In this document: positions 41,797 to 51,306 of the stretch, piece by piece
Layout of the letters: each line of letters opens with the position of its first letter
Position numbering within the stretch: position 1 is the stretch's first letter
Origin: Candidatus Poribacteria bacterium
GTDB taxonomy: Bacteria; Poribacteria; WGA-4E; PCPOR2b
Assembly: GCA_965208675.1 (NCBI GenBank)
Contig: OZ242351.1
Coordinates: 128,001 to 192,000 of the forward strand
DNA length: 64,000 bases
Direction of reading: 5' to 3'
Made by a program: the position numbers and the translations under genes
Notes under the pieces: model-generated
What the model saw: the letters and a program-made list of their open reading frames with translations, nothing else
Databases searched by the model: none
What the model was told of the DNA's origin: nothing

Positions 41797-43263
41797 CTAC
41801 GCTTCATTCTCTTCTAAATATCTGTTCGCTGCTGCTAGTGCTTCTTTGGGAGTATTGATTTTTCCTTCAAACTGAAGCGCTTCAATATGCTTCAAAATGT
41901 GCCCGACTCTGATGCCCGGTTTCAACCCGAGTGTTCGAATGATGTCATGCCCGGTGATTAGTCGGCCGCGTTCAATCATCGGCGAGATTTCGTTGTAATA
42001 AAGATCTGCAATACTGCGCATTACTGCTTCTGTTTTGGTCGATTCGTCCGCCGGGCAAAGTCTGCCCTGTGTTGCGCGTTGATGCGCAGAAGATAGCAAA
42101 AGTACGCCTAACCATTCTTCATCTGCGTTCTTTAAAAAGTGAAGCATGGATTGGCGCGTTGGAGGCAATAAGCTGACAAGGTTCCGTATTTGAAGATGAC
42201 TTCGAACGAGACAGTGTATGAGTCTTACCACTTTTTTGCCTAATCTCAAACGCTTCGCAATGCCGGCCGCAATCTCCGCGCTAGCCTTCTCGTGACCGTG
42301 AAATTGCACGTCATCTTCAGAGTTGATTGTTTTCATTGCCGGTTTGCCAGGATCGTATAGCATCAAACCCAGCTTAATTATCTGCCATCGCTTCACGCCG
42401 TTGACGATGTATTGGTCTAAATACGCTTGAACTTCGCGGCGGTATCGCTCCAGCGCATCGGGAATTGGTTGCGCCTCAAAATTCGCGATTGCCGCCAAGG
42501 AAAATTCCCAGACATTGATACAGTGGTAATCACCCTGTTGTACACGCCGCATGTCCTCAATTTCGGGAATCACCCGTGAAAGGAGGCGAACATCGTCCAT
42601 TTGTCGTAGATGAATGGCAGAATTTTTGACATTCAAGATTTTAATGAACTCATCTCGGACGCGATCGATCGATACTGTTGATAGTTCTTCTTTATGCTGA
42701 CGAATCAGATTGACCGTGGACTCCGGAATCTCAAATTCTAATTCTGCTGCTAGACGATATGCACGCAACATTCGGAGCGGATCGTCCTCCACAACTCGGG
42801 GGTTAGGCAAACGTAAGCGTTTTGCTTCAACATCTCCAAAACCTCCGCAGGGATCAATTAGTTTTAGCGTTGGCTGCTTCAATAGCGAAGAAAGGTCAAT
42901 AGCAATGGCGTTAATCGTGAAGTCGCGCAGCTGCAAATCCGCCTCCAATGTTTCGGCGCGAAATTGCGTAAAGTCCAGTGTGAGCCTAGTCTTTCGTATA
43001 ACAACGCGTGCTGTCGGCGGGTGGTCTTCTAATTTCACAAACGCGTCGCCGGTACGATCTGCGAACGCTTTAGCGAACGGAATCGCATCGCGGTCAACAG
43101 CAAAATCGAGATCAGTAATTTCGCGGTTGAGAAGTAAATCCCGAACAGATCCCCCCACAAGGTAGAGCCGAACCCCCCGGTCTTCGGAGAGTGAATTTAG
43201 CTCAGAAAGCAGATGAATATTTGGTATATGTTTTAGTAACGTTGGGCTTGGAAGAGATTGCAT
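41797..43263 (-). CDS. CCA tRNA nucleotidyltransferase / poly(A) polymerase family with degenerate HD domain
   Basis: LVGGSVRD, DLD, RDFTINA and DPLRMLRAYR motifs; start probably ATG 43263. Confidence 0.9.
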   Translation of the reverse strand: MQSLPSPTLLKHIPNIHLLSELNSLSEDRGVRLYLVGGSVRDLLLNREITDLDFAVDRDAIPFAKAFADRTGDAFVKLEDHPPTARVVIRKTRLTLDFTQFRAETLEADLQLRDFTINAIAIDLSSLLKQPTLKLIDPCGGFGDVEAKRLRLPNPRVVEDDPLRMLRAYRLAAELEFEIPESTVNLIRQHKEELSTVSIDRVRDEFIKILNVKNSAIHLRQMDDVRLLSRVIPEIEDMRRVQQGDYHCINVWEFSLAAIANFEAQPIPDALERYRREVQAYLDQYIVNGVKRWQIIKLGLMLYDPGKPAMKTINSEDDVQFHGHEKASAEIAAGIAKRLRLGKKVVRLIHCLVRSHLQIRNLVSLLPPTRQSMLHFLKNADEEWLGVLLLSSAHQRATQGRLCPADESTKTEAVMRSIADLYYNEISPMIERGRLITGHDIIRTLGLKPGIRVGHILKHIEALQFEGKINTPKEALAAANRYLEENEA

Positions 43264-43465
43264 GCTTGATGGAGAAATTTTAGGCGTGCTCGTCGAATAG
43301 TCAAATTCGATTTGTAACAAAATCAATACGAGCGCTCACCGATTTGCGCTGTGGGATAGTAGGCTATTTCGTTTGCTGCGGTAATAGGACGAGGCGAAAT
43401 GGTACCAGATTTTCCTCAATAGAGCGAATATGCGATCATTGAAAATAATCTGTCTCGGTGAAACG

Positions 43466-44224
43466 TTAAAACTGCTTTATTCGGCCCCAAGTGTAGGTGA
43501 GCTTGGCTTGTGGGGACACTGCAAGCTGCCATTCGCCAAAATTCAAGTCGGCATCTGGAATGTTATCGCCCGTAATCACCACTTCATCAAAGTGAACCTC
43601 GCAATTCTTGGCGAGTAGCACAGCCGCCCCTGCATCAAGAGATGTGCCAAATTCCGGGGGATTTTCATACTCGCATACCAACTCGTCGTTCAGAAACATC
43701 CGGTATAAATCCCCTTCGGCAACAGCTCGCACTCTATACAGGTGATTTTCTCTGAGGCTGCGGTTGTTTCTACCTTCAATCCGCAGATAAAATCCCTCCC
43801 AAAATCTTTGGCAAATTCCCAGTGTCCAGTGAACATGATCTTTTGCGATGATGATAAAATTTAAACCGTTGAGCACGTCTTCATTTGGCTTGTTATAGTG
43901 TATACCAAAACCGACCTCCGGCGACGACGGTGCACTTGGAAATGAGTCTTTGATCTCAAATTGGCACTTAAACTCGTAATTTCTCCATGTCCGATTTCCA
44001 ATGCCAAAGACGCTTGCGAAACCCCTGGCTTTTCGAGATTTGGCAACTAACTTCCCGGTTTCGGCAGACCATTGAGTAGTTTCGTCGAATTGGGAATTGA
44101 ATATCTTTCCTCCGAATTTCCGCCAACCGTCTGCATCCCCGTCGTCAAAATTGTCCCTCAATACGCCCGCCCATGCTGTTGTACCCAATAGAAGCATTAT
44201 CAATCCGAATATTGACCTTTTCAA
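43466..44224 (-). CDS. Secreted beta-sandwich (DUF1080/ConA-like) protein with C-terminal AVSPQAKLTYTWGRIK motif
   Basis: TTG 44224 with AAGGAGG SD, signal peptide (…TTAWA-G), DNFDDG, HFDEV and terminal TWG motif. Confidence 0.75.
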   Translation of the reverse strand: MKRSIFGLIMLLLGTTAWAGVLRDNFDDGDADGWRKFGGKIFNSQFDETTQWSAETGKLVAKSRKARGFASVFGIGNRTWRNYEFKCQFEIKDSFPSAPSSPEVGFGIHYNKPNEDVLNGLNFIIIAKDHVHWTLGICQRFWEGFYLRIEGRNNRSLRENHLYRVRAVAEGDLYRMFLNDELVCEYENPPEFGTSLDAGAAVLLAKNCEVHFDEVVITGDNIPDADLNFGEWQLAVSPQAKLTYTWGRIKQF

Positions 44225-44549
44225 AATTCCCCTCCTTCTTTCGAGTAAAACCTCACACATGATTATCGGATAACGTTCCTTATGGTGGGTCGTCCGATGC
44301 AGAAGATTGCCAGACCGATGTGACTGTTATGGTCAATGTGGACCTGTGCCCGTATTCAATTAGTCTAAAACCCATTACCATCCGCGGTGAAGCCCCCAAA
44401 TTCCCGCTGCGAATTCGCATTGCGGTTCAAAAAATCTTACTTCGTCTGAACAGCATTGCGCGCTCTACCTACAAGCAACGAGTGTGAAGCGCTTTAAATC
44501 TCGACACACATTTATCAGCGCTCTCGGTAGAATCCGTCAGGCGTCGTAT

Positions 44550-45335
44550 TCATTTGGACCAAAAGACGGGCAAATTGTTTTTGCTAACCGAGTGATATTC
44601 GTCCTCTAGTCCGCACATCCAGTAAAACAGTTCAGCGGCATCGTTTATCGCTCGATGGTGTTCCCGGTGGAAATAATAGAGGGCTGGCCGTCCCTTGGCG
44701 TACCGAGGCTCAAAATCCGGCTCCCGAATCCAGTCGCGTTCGGGCGGAACCGTCCGCGTGTACCAATATTTCATTTGGTTTCGAATAGCGGTTGCTGTAG
44801 ACGCTGTGCGGCGGTGCCAAATGCGGTAAATCGTTAGAAATATTGTACCGGCGCTGCCGGCTGTCGAGACAGCACCGCGTATCCTACCGTAATGCCTCAT
44901 CCAACACTGCAAATTGAACAGAAAATGAGACTCTGGCAATAACTCCGTAGGACCAAGTTCAACCGGTGTGTCTTGAGGGTAATAAAACACCTGGAGACTA
45001 TCAAGACCGGGAATATACGACGAACCTCCGTCCGTGTGCCAACCGCCTTCCATACCGGCAGGACACTGGATTCGAGTATTCCCTAATTGGGTCGGATACG
45101 TGAAGTTTTTGCCCAAAACAGAGCGAATCGCACCAGCCGCTTGGGGATTCAACGTCACATTCTCAATGTACCAATCCTCCTCTGATGGCACAGCTCCGTC
45201 ATGTTCATCGCAATATTCACACACCCTCCGGTTGATTTCATCCGGGACAACCCCGTCCAGAATTAAAAATCCCTTCTTGCAGAACTCCAATACTTGTGAA
45301 TCCGTCAATGTGGGATCACAATCATGGGTAAGCAT
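44550..45335 (-). CDS. PhyH-type Fe(II)/2-oxoglutarate dioxygenase
   Basis: FCKKGFL, WHTD, GPTELLPESH and IWHR motifs. Confidence 0.85.
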   Translation of the reverse strand: MLTHDCDPTLTDSQVLEFCKKGFLILDGVVPDEINRRVCEYCDEHDGAVPSEEDWYIENVTLNPQAAGAIRSVLGKNFTYPTQLGNTRIQCPAGMEGGWHTDGGSSYIPGLDSLQVFYYPQDTPVELGPTELLPESHFLFNLQCWMRHYGRIRGAVSTAGSAGTIFLTIYRIWHRRTASTATAIRNQMKYWYTRTVPPERDWIREPDFEPRYAKGRPALYYFHREHHRAINDAAELFYWMCGLEDEYHSVSKNNLPVFWSK

Positions 45336-45613
45336 GGTGGGGTACCTCCGTTAATCTAATGACTCTCATCAAAGTGAAAGTGATAATTGGAAAAAGGTTC
45401 GGCGGACTAAATCCAAGTTAACTTGTCCGCACTCTCCCGTTTCTAGCCTGCGCTGTATAGCATCAATCGCTCTTCTTAACCTTCAGTATAACATAAATGC
45501 AGCATGATTACCACATCAACCCTGACGTTTAGCGGAATCTGTTTTCCGCTGCGCATAGAGGAAAACAGATGAAATCAACCGTAAAATCGGGCATAATATA
45601 TCACAAAAGCTAA

Positions 45614-46348
45614 ATGATAAAAGAGGTGTCCATGGCGGTGATTACGATTATCGGACGCGGCCACTCCGGCACGCGCGCAATCTCACAGACATTGTATGCC
45701 AGCGGTGTGTACATGGGCAACACACTAAACCCTTCCGGCGACAAGGTTCCGCCTGATGCCATGTACGATGCCTGCAGAGTGATGGGAAGCCGCGTTAAGT
45801 GGAACGGGGGTTTATCATGGGACTTTGCACCGCTGCACACCATGGAGATTGACAGTGAATTCGAAGACCTGATACATGCCTATCTAGCTGACGTGCTTCG
45901 CAGTAAATCTGCGGATAAAGGTTGGAAAATACCCGAGACCACCTTGGTGTATCCGTGGATTGTACGCATGTTTCCTGACATCAAGTATATTCATTGGATT
46001 CGCGATCCAAGAGACTGTATTCTTAGAAGCCACATCACAGATGACCTGCAACGGTTTGGAGTTGACTGCCCCGCAGCGAATGACGTCCGCAGACGCAGAG
46101 CCATCTCTTGGCAGTACCAATATGAACTCGTGAAATCAACGCCTAAACCCAAAAACTATATTCTCATCAGATTTGAGGATTTCATTCTTAAGCACGACGA
46201 AACAATCCAGTGTCTTGAGGACTTTTTGGGCATTCCATTAGCCAAGATTATTGTCAGGGGAGAATCAGTCGGCCGCTGGAAAACGGATACGGGAGAGCAC
46301 AATTTTGACTTCTTTAGCGAAGCGTTGGCAGCGCACCATTACGATTAA
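45614..46348 (+). CDS. Sulfotransferase family protein
   Basis: IIGRGHSGT (5'-PSB), GWKIP, IRDPRD..S (3'-PB) and RFED motifs; start may be ATG 45632. Confidence 0.82.
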   Translation: MIKEVSMAVITIIGRGHSGTRAISQTLYASGVYMGNTLNPSGDKVPPDAMYDACRVMGSRVKWNGGLSWDFAPLHTMEIDSEFEDLIHAYLADVLRSKSADKGWKIPETTLVYPWIVRMFPDIKYIHWIRDPRDCILRSHITDDLQRFGVDCPAANDVRRRRAISWQYQYELVKSTPKPKNYILIRFEDFILKHDETIQCLEDFLGIPLAKIIVRGESVGRWKTDTGEHNFDFFSEALAAHHYD

Positions 46349-46447
46349 AGGAAGCCGGCCTCCGCTCAATGGTTCACTGATTCATCTTTCCTTGGACCGC
46401 TCACAATTCATAATCCGCAATACACCATGCAACTACCTAGTTTGCGC

Positions 46448-46476
46448 TTGACTGATCCGGTCTAGACAGATATAAT
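46448..46476 (+). promoter_or_regulatory. Sigma70-like promoter
   Basis: TTGACT-17nt-TATAAT upstream of 46606. Confidence 0.6.
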
Positions 46477-46605
46477 ATTTATTATTCTGCGCAACAGATA
46501 TGAGGTTGGGTTTTCATCAAAACCTCCGTGAAAAAGCTGCATTCTTTCCCCTCAAAACCTCATCCCTTCGCTCACTCCGGTACATTTTTCAAAGGCAGGT
46601 GATAT

Positions 46606-48546
46606 GTGAATCAATCCACGCCCACCAATAGCGGCACGACAAACAGCGTTGCCTTGCGGGCAGTGGTAATCGGACTCATCTTCGTTTTTGCAAACGCCTA
46701 TTGGGTTGGAAGAAATGACCTCATAACAGGGCCAAAACACAATTACATGTCTCTGTTCAGCAATGCCGTTTTCACGTTTTTTTTGCTGACGCTTGTAAAC
46801 CTCCTGCTGCGGAAATTGGCACGGCATTTTGCGTTATCGGACTCAGACCTCTTGGTCGTCTACATCATGGTTGTTATGATTACAACCGTTGCTGGGCACC
46901 AGACCATGAGCAAGTTGGTCGGAACACTTGTCCACCCATACTGGTTTGCCACGGCAGAAAATGACTGGCGTAACCTCTTCTGGCGGTATATTCCCGAATG
47001 GTTTACGACAACGGACGAAAAAGCGTTGATCGGCTTTTTTCGCGGCGAGACCACGGTGTTCACGCCGCATTTCCTCAGCGTCTGGTTGAAACCCATCGTG
47101 TATTGGTCAGCTTTCACCTTTGTCCTATTCTTCGTCCTCATCTGCATTAACACAATTATCCGAAGACAGTTTACTGAGCATGAACGGCTCACCTATCCGA
47201 TTACTTGGATGCCGCTTGAGATGGGGCGCGATCCTGTCGCCTTCCTTAAAAACAGGTTGATGTGGATAGGTTTTGGAATAGCGGCAGCAATTAGTCTATT
47301 GAACGGGCTGAGCAATCTGTATCCCGCTCTACCTTCTGTCCCCGTTGGGTGGACGCGGTTCAACTTCAATGAGAAGCCGTGGAGTTACATGGTCTATACG
47401 CGCATCTCATTTCAGCCCTTCGTTATCGGCCTTTCGTTCTTCATGCCGCTCGACCTCGCCTTTTCTGCCTGGTTTTTTTACTTCCTTAAAAAGTTGACAC
47501 AACTGCTCTTGGGCGCCACGATGGGTTGGCGGAATCTCTATCTTGATGAACAAGCGCAAGGCGCCTGGAACGCATTGGGGATTTTGGCGTTGTGGGTCGG
47601 ACGTAGACACCTCAAACGCGTATTCACGCACGCCTTTACGGGAAAGGGGGGTATTGATGACTCAAAAGAACCCATGCCTTATCGGACAGCACTCTTCGGA
47701 ATCGCCGGTGGATTCCTGTTTTTCATCTGGTTCGCCTTTAAGGCAGGTTTCTCGATCTGGGTGATGCTGCTGTTTCTGGTGCTGTACTTCTGCACGGCGA
47801 TTGGCATCAGTAAAATCAGGGCTAGTCTCGGCGTGACTGTGCATGAATTGTTGTGGGTGGATCCCGGCAGAACCATGGTTACATCGTTGGGTACACGGAC
47901 ATTCGGCCCCCGTAACTTGACCATTCTCTCATTTCTATACTGGCTCAATCGAGACCAGGCTGCCCATCCAATGCCAAGTCAGCTTGAAGCGTTTCGGATT
48001 GGTGAACAGGTAAATATGAACTCTCGCCGGTTATTCTGGGCGGTGATTATCACTTTTGCCGTCGGAATTCCCGCGACCTTTCTGATATACTTCGACATTT
48101 TGTATCACCACGGAGCCGCGAATCCTGCAACGTCCTTCATCATGGGGGTCGGAAGGGAAGGTTTGGGACAACGCCTTCAAACGTGGTTGACTTTCCCAAT
48201 GGCAGGAGACTACGTGACCATGGGTTTTATGGGGCTAGGCAGCGTTCTTACCGGCTTTTTCTTAATTATGAAGATGCGGTTCCTTTGGTGGCCCTTCCAT
48301 CCGGTAGGTTATGTACTCGGCGTAAGCCCGGCAGAGATGGTCTACATCTGGGTTCCCGTCCTCACAAGTTGGTGGCTAAAATTCATCATCCTCCGATACG
48401 GCGGCTTGCGGGCGTATCGGAAAGCCATCCCGTTTTTTGCGGGATTGATACTTGGGGATTATTCGATGGGCGGCATCTGGAGTATCATTAGCGCCATTAC
48501 CAAAATCACAACCTACAATATGGGGTGGCACCCTGTGTTAAACTGA
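46606..48546 (+). CDS. Large polytopic membrane protein (DUF6785/DUF6784, OPT-transporter-like)
   Basis: About 16 TM segments; HERLTYPI, WWPFHPVGY, RYGG...PFFAGLILG motifs. Confidence 0.75.
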   Translation: MNQSTPTNSGTTNSVALRAVVIGLIFVFANAYWVGRNDLITGPKHNYMSLFSNAVFTFFLLTLVNLLLRKLARHFALSDSDLLVVYIMVVMITTVAGHQTMSKLVGTLVHPYWFATAENDWRNLFWRYIPEWFTTTDEKALIGFFRGETTVFTPHFLSVWLKPIVYWSAFTFVLFFVLICINTIIRRQFTEHERLTYPITWMPLEMGRDPVAFLKNRLMWIGFGIAAAISLLNGLSNLYPALPSVPVGWTRFNFNEKPWSYMVYTRISFQPFVIGLSFFMPLDLAFSAWFFYFLKKLTQLLLGATMGWRNLYLDEQAQGAWNALGILALWVGRRHLKRVFTHAFTGKGGIDDSKEPMPYRTALFGIAGGFLFFIWFAFKAGFSIWVMLLFLVLYFCTAIGISKIRASLGVTVHELLWVDPGRTMVTSLGTRTFGPRNLTILSFLYWLNRDQAAHPMPSQLEAFRIGEQVNMNSRRLFWAVIITFAVGIPATFLIYFDILYHHGAANPATSFIMGVGREGLGQRLQTWLTFPMAGDYVTMGFMGLGSVLTGFFLIMKMRFLWWPFHPVGYVLGVSPAEMVYIWVPVLTSWWLKFIILRYGGLRAYRKAIPFFAGLILGDYSMGGIWSIISAITKITTYNMGWHPVLN

Positions 48547-48644
48547 AGTTTAACCGCGCGATGTTATTTCTTGACTGCATCGCGGTGTACTTAAGCGTGA
48601 ATGCCCGCACGCAAAACAAGTGATTTAAGGAAAGCTAAGGTAGT

Positions 48645-50339
48645 ATGAGTTCAGACAATGCAAAAGGCATTAAAAAAGGTTTAACAAACTACGGCGACCC
48701 TGAGTTTAGTGTGTACATTCGGAAGGCGTTTTTTAAGGCGATGGGGTACGGTGACGAGGAACTTGAACGGCCTATCGTCGGCATCATCAACACCTTCAGC
48801 GGGTTTAACAGTTGCCACCACAATTTCGGTGACCTAATCGAAGCGGTCAAAAGAGGGGTGCTGTCCCAAGGCGGGCTGCCAATCGAATTCCCGACTATTT
48901 CGCTCGGCGAAATGTTTACGGCGCCTACGACCATGATGTTTCGCAACCTGATGGCGATGGACACAGAAGAGATGATTCGCGCCCAGCCGATGGACGGCGT
49001 CGTCCTTTTGGGCGGTTGCGACAAGACTGTCCCCGCCCAGTTGATGGGTGCGGCAAGCGTGGATATTCCTGCAATCTGTTTAGTCGCAGGACCGATGATA
49101 ACAGGCGATTATCGCGGTGAACGACTCGGCGCATGCACCGATTGCCGCCGATTTTGGAGAGAATACCGCGCAGGCAACATAGATAAAGGGGATATTGATG
49201 AAATTGAAGGTCGGTTGTGTGCCAGTACCGGTACCTGCATGGTAATGGGAACGGCTAGCACCATGGCAGCCATGGCAGAAGCGCTCGGTATCATGCTGCC
49301 CGGCGGCGCCGCAATTCCTGCAGTGATGGCGGAACGCCGTCGGCAAGCTGAGGCGACGGGGAGAACCATCGTCTCAATGATACGAAAACAGCTGCGTCCG
49401 TCAAAAATTTTGACCCGGAAATCATTTGAGAACGCGCTCAGAGTCCTCATGGCGATTGGCGGTTCGACAAACGCGGTCATCCACCTCACAGCAATTGCGA
49501 GGCGTTTGCACATTGAATTGCATCTCAACGATTTCAATCAAATCAGCGATGAAACGCCGGTATTGGTGAACGTCAGACCGAGCGGTGAATATTACATGGA
49601 AGATTTTTGGAAGGCGGGCGGCGCACCGGTAGTCATGAAAGCGCTCGAAGATTTTCTAAACACAGACGCGCTCACCGCCTTAGGGTCAACTGTCGGCGAG
49701 AACCTGTCGGGCGTTCCTCAACCCCCGGCATGGCAGAACGCGATCTCGGCAATTGACAATCCTCTGTTCGGAACAGGTTCGCTCGTCTGCCTATTCGGCA
49801 ACCTTGCACCAAACGGCGCAGTCATCAAACGATCGGCCGCTTCTCCTAATTTACTAACACATCAAGGTCCCGCTGTTGTCTTTAAGTCGCTTGACGACCT
49901 GCACAACCGTATTGATTCCCCGGACTTAGAGGTCACGAAGGAGCACGTTATGGTGCTTCAGAATGCAGGTCCCATCGGGGGACCAGGCATGCCGGAAGCC
50001 GGTTACCTGCCCATTCCGAAGAAACTCCTACAAACAGGCGTCAAAGATATGGTTCGCATCTCTGACGCTCGCATGAGCGGCACGGCATTTGGCGCGGTGG
50101 TGCTGCACGTCTCTCCGGAAGCCGCCGTTGGAGGCGCATTGGCATTGGTGCAGGACGGCGACCTGATTGAACTCGATGTCCCCACTAAACGCCTAGAATT
50201 GCTGGTAAACGCCGAAGAATTGGCGAAACGCCGGGATAGTCTCACCCCCCCAACTCCCCATTTTGAGAGAGGTTATGGCAAACTCTTTATCGATCACGTC
50301 GAGCAAGCCCATCTCGGTTGCGATTTCGATTTTCTTTAG
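48645..50339 (+). CDS. IlvD/Edd family dehydratase (probably a sugar-acid dehydratase)
   Basis: GCDKT, GACTDCRR, CMVMGTAS, GGSTN, SDARMSGT and terminal GCDFDFL motifs. Confidence 0.9.
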   Translation: MSSDNAKGIKKGLTNYGDPEFSVYIRKAFFKAMGYGDEELERPIVGIINTFSGFNSCHHNFGDLIEAVKRGVLSQGGLPIEFPTISLGEMFTAPTTMMFRNLMAMDTEEMIRAQPMDGVVLLGGCDKTVPAQLMGAASVDIPAICLVAGPMITGDYRGERLGACTDCRRFWREYRAGNIDKGDIDEIEGRLCASTGTCMVMGTASTMAAMAEALGIMLPGGAAIPAVMAERRRQAEATGRTIVSMIRKQLRPSKILTRKSFENALRVLMAIGGSTNAVIHLTAIARRLHIELHLNDFNQISDETPVLVNVRPSGEYYMEDFWKAGGAPVVMKALEDFLNTDALTALGSTVGENLSGVPQPPAWQNAISAIDNPLFGTGSLVCLFGNLAPNGAVIKRSAASPNLLTHQGPAVVFKSLDDLHNRIDSPDLEVTKEHVMVLQNAGPIGGPGMPEAGYLPIPKKLLQTGVKDMVRISDARMSGTAFGAVVLHVSPEAAVGGALALVQDGDLIELDVPTKRLELLVNAEELAKRRDSLTPPTPHFERGYGKLFIDHVEQAHLGCDFDFL

Positions 50340-50400
50340 TGCTGCGTAGGAATGTAGTCCAGAATCAGACTGATTCGGTGAATCAGCAATATTCGATTTC

Positions 50401-50793
50401 TTAACCATCGTGGGACTTGAACTTGTACCGGTTAGTTTCAGGTTGCCAGTCTCTTATCATCGTTCTCTCTAGCTCCAACGTCTCCCGCTCTCCCGTAGTG
50501 GATACCGCCGAAAACTCGACGATATGGCGAAACATGCGAAGTTGCCGCCGTAAGTCTGGATTGTCTTCGTCCGAAAGGTGCTGCAGCAGTCGCCGGCGAA
50601 CGCATGTTGTGGATTGGCCGACGTAAAGGCGTTCCGGCGCATCCTCGGTGCCGGTCGGCAGCCACAATGCGTATAACCCGCATCTATCCTTCGGCAGTTG
50701 CAACACCTCGGTCCGAGTAAATGGCTTCCGCTCGTTCTCTAACCGGTACTTCACGGAGAATGGGTTGGTATTACTGTAGGGTTTGCTGGACAT
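50401..50793 (-). CDS. Standalone GIY-YIG nuclease domain protein
   Basis: GLY...LYVGQS...RRRLLQH...LE...QPETN: all canonical GIY-YIG elements. Confidence 0.8.
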   Translation of the reverse strand: MSSKPYSNTNPFSVKYRLENERKPFTRTEVLQLPKDRCGLYALWLPTGTEDAPERLYVGQSTTCVRRRLLQHLSDEDNPDLRRQLRMFRHIVEFSAVSTTGERETLELERTMIRDWQPETNRYKFKSHDG

Positions 50794-50846
50794 GGGTTAT
50801 AAAATAGGGTGCCTCAAGTACGGAACAGCGATTATTGTTTCCGCTA

Positions 50847-50910
50847 ATATGTATAGTTTTTGCTGATTTTTATACATATAATATGTGATATGTATAAAAC
50901 GTATACATAT
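50847..50910. repeat. Two AT-rich inverted repeats sharing the arms ATATGTATA/TATACATAT
   Basis: Arms at 50847-50855/50871-50879 and 50888-50896/50902-50910. Confidence 0.75.
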
Positions 50911-50917
50911 TGATGAG

Positions 50918-50950
50918 AGAAATCGAGTTTTTTTGAAAAACTCGGTTTCT
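50918..50950. repeat. REP-like palindrome AGAAATCGAGTTTTT-TTG-AAAAACTCGGTTTCT
   Basis: 15-bp near-perfect inverted repeat. Confidence 0.7.
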
Positions 50951-51069
50951 TTGAGGCGGCACTAAGTTAGAAAATTGAGTTGTTCCCTATTTTCCATCGC
51001 ACTCCGAATGTTTCCGCATTCCGTAACCAAGTTATTGAAGACAACCTCGTTCTCGGAATCGCCCGCAAG

Positions 51070-51098
51070 GTAGTAGGCACACGCCGTGTGCCTACTAC
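51070..51098. repeat. GTAG-type REP palindrome
   Basis: Perfect GTAGTAGGCACAC-GCC-GTGTGCCTACTAC. Confidence 0.8.
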
Positions 51099-51243
51099 GA
51101 TACCTTGAGCATCTATCTACAATAGTCTCACATACATATAAAATTCATAATGGCACAATCGAAGGCCAAAATCTACCAGTTTTTCGTGATTGCCCCTATT
51201 CGTCCTGACAAAAATATCGTTATAAGCTAATCCCAAAATTGTG

Positions 51244-51272
51244 TTGACAAAGCCCATCTACATAGTTATAAT
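51244..51272 (+). promoter_or_regulatory. Perfect-consensus sigma70 promoter
   Basis: TTGACA-17nt-TATAAT, followed by a GAGGAG SD and TTG 51307. Confidence 0.8.
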
Positions 51273-51306
51273 GGGGATATTCGTAAGATAACAGAGGAGA
51301 GCAGAC

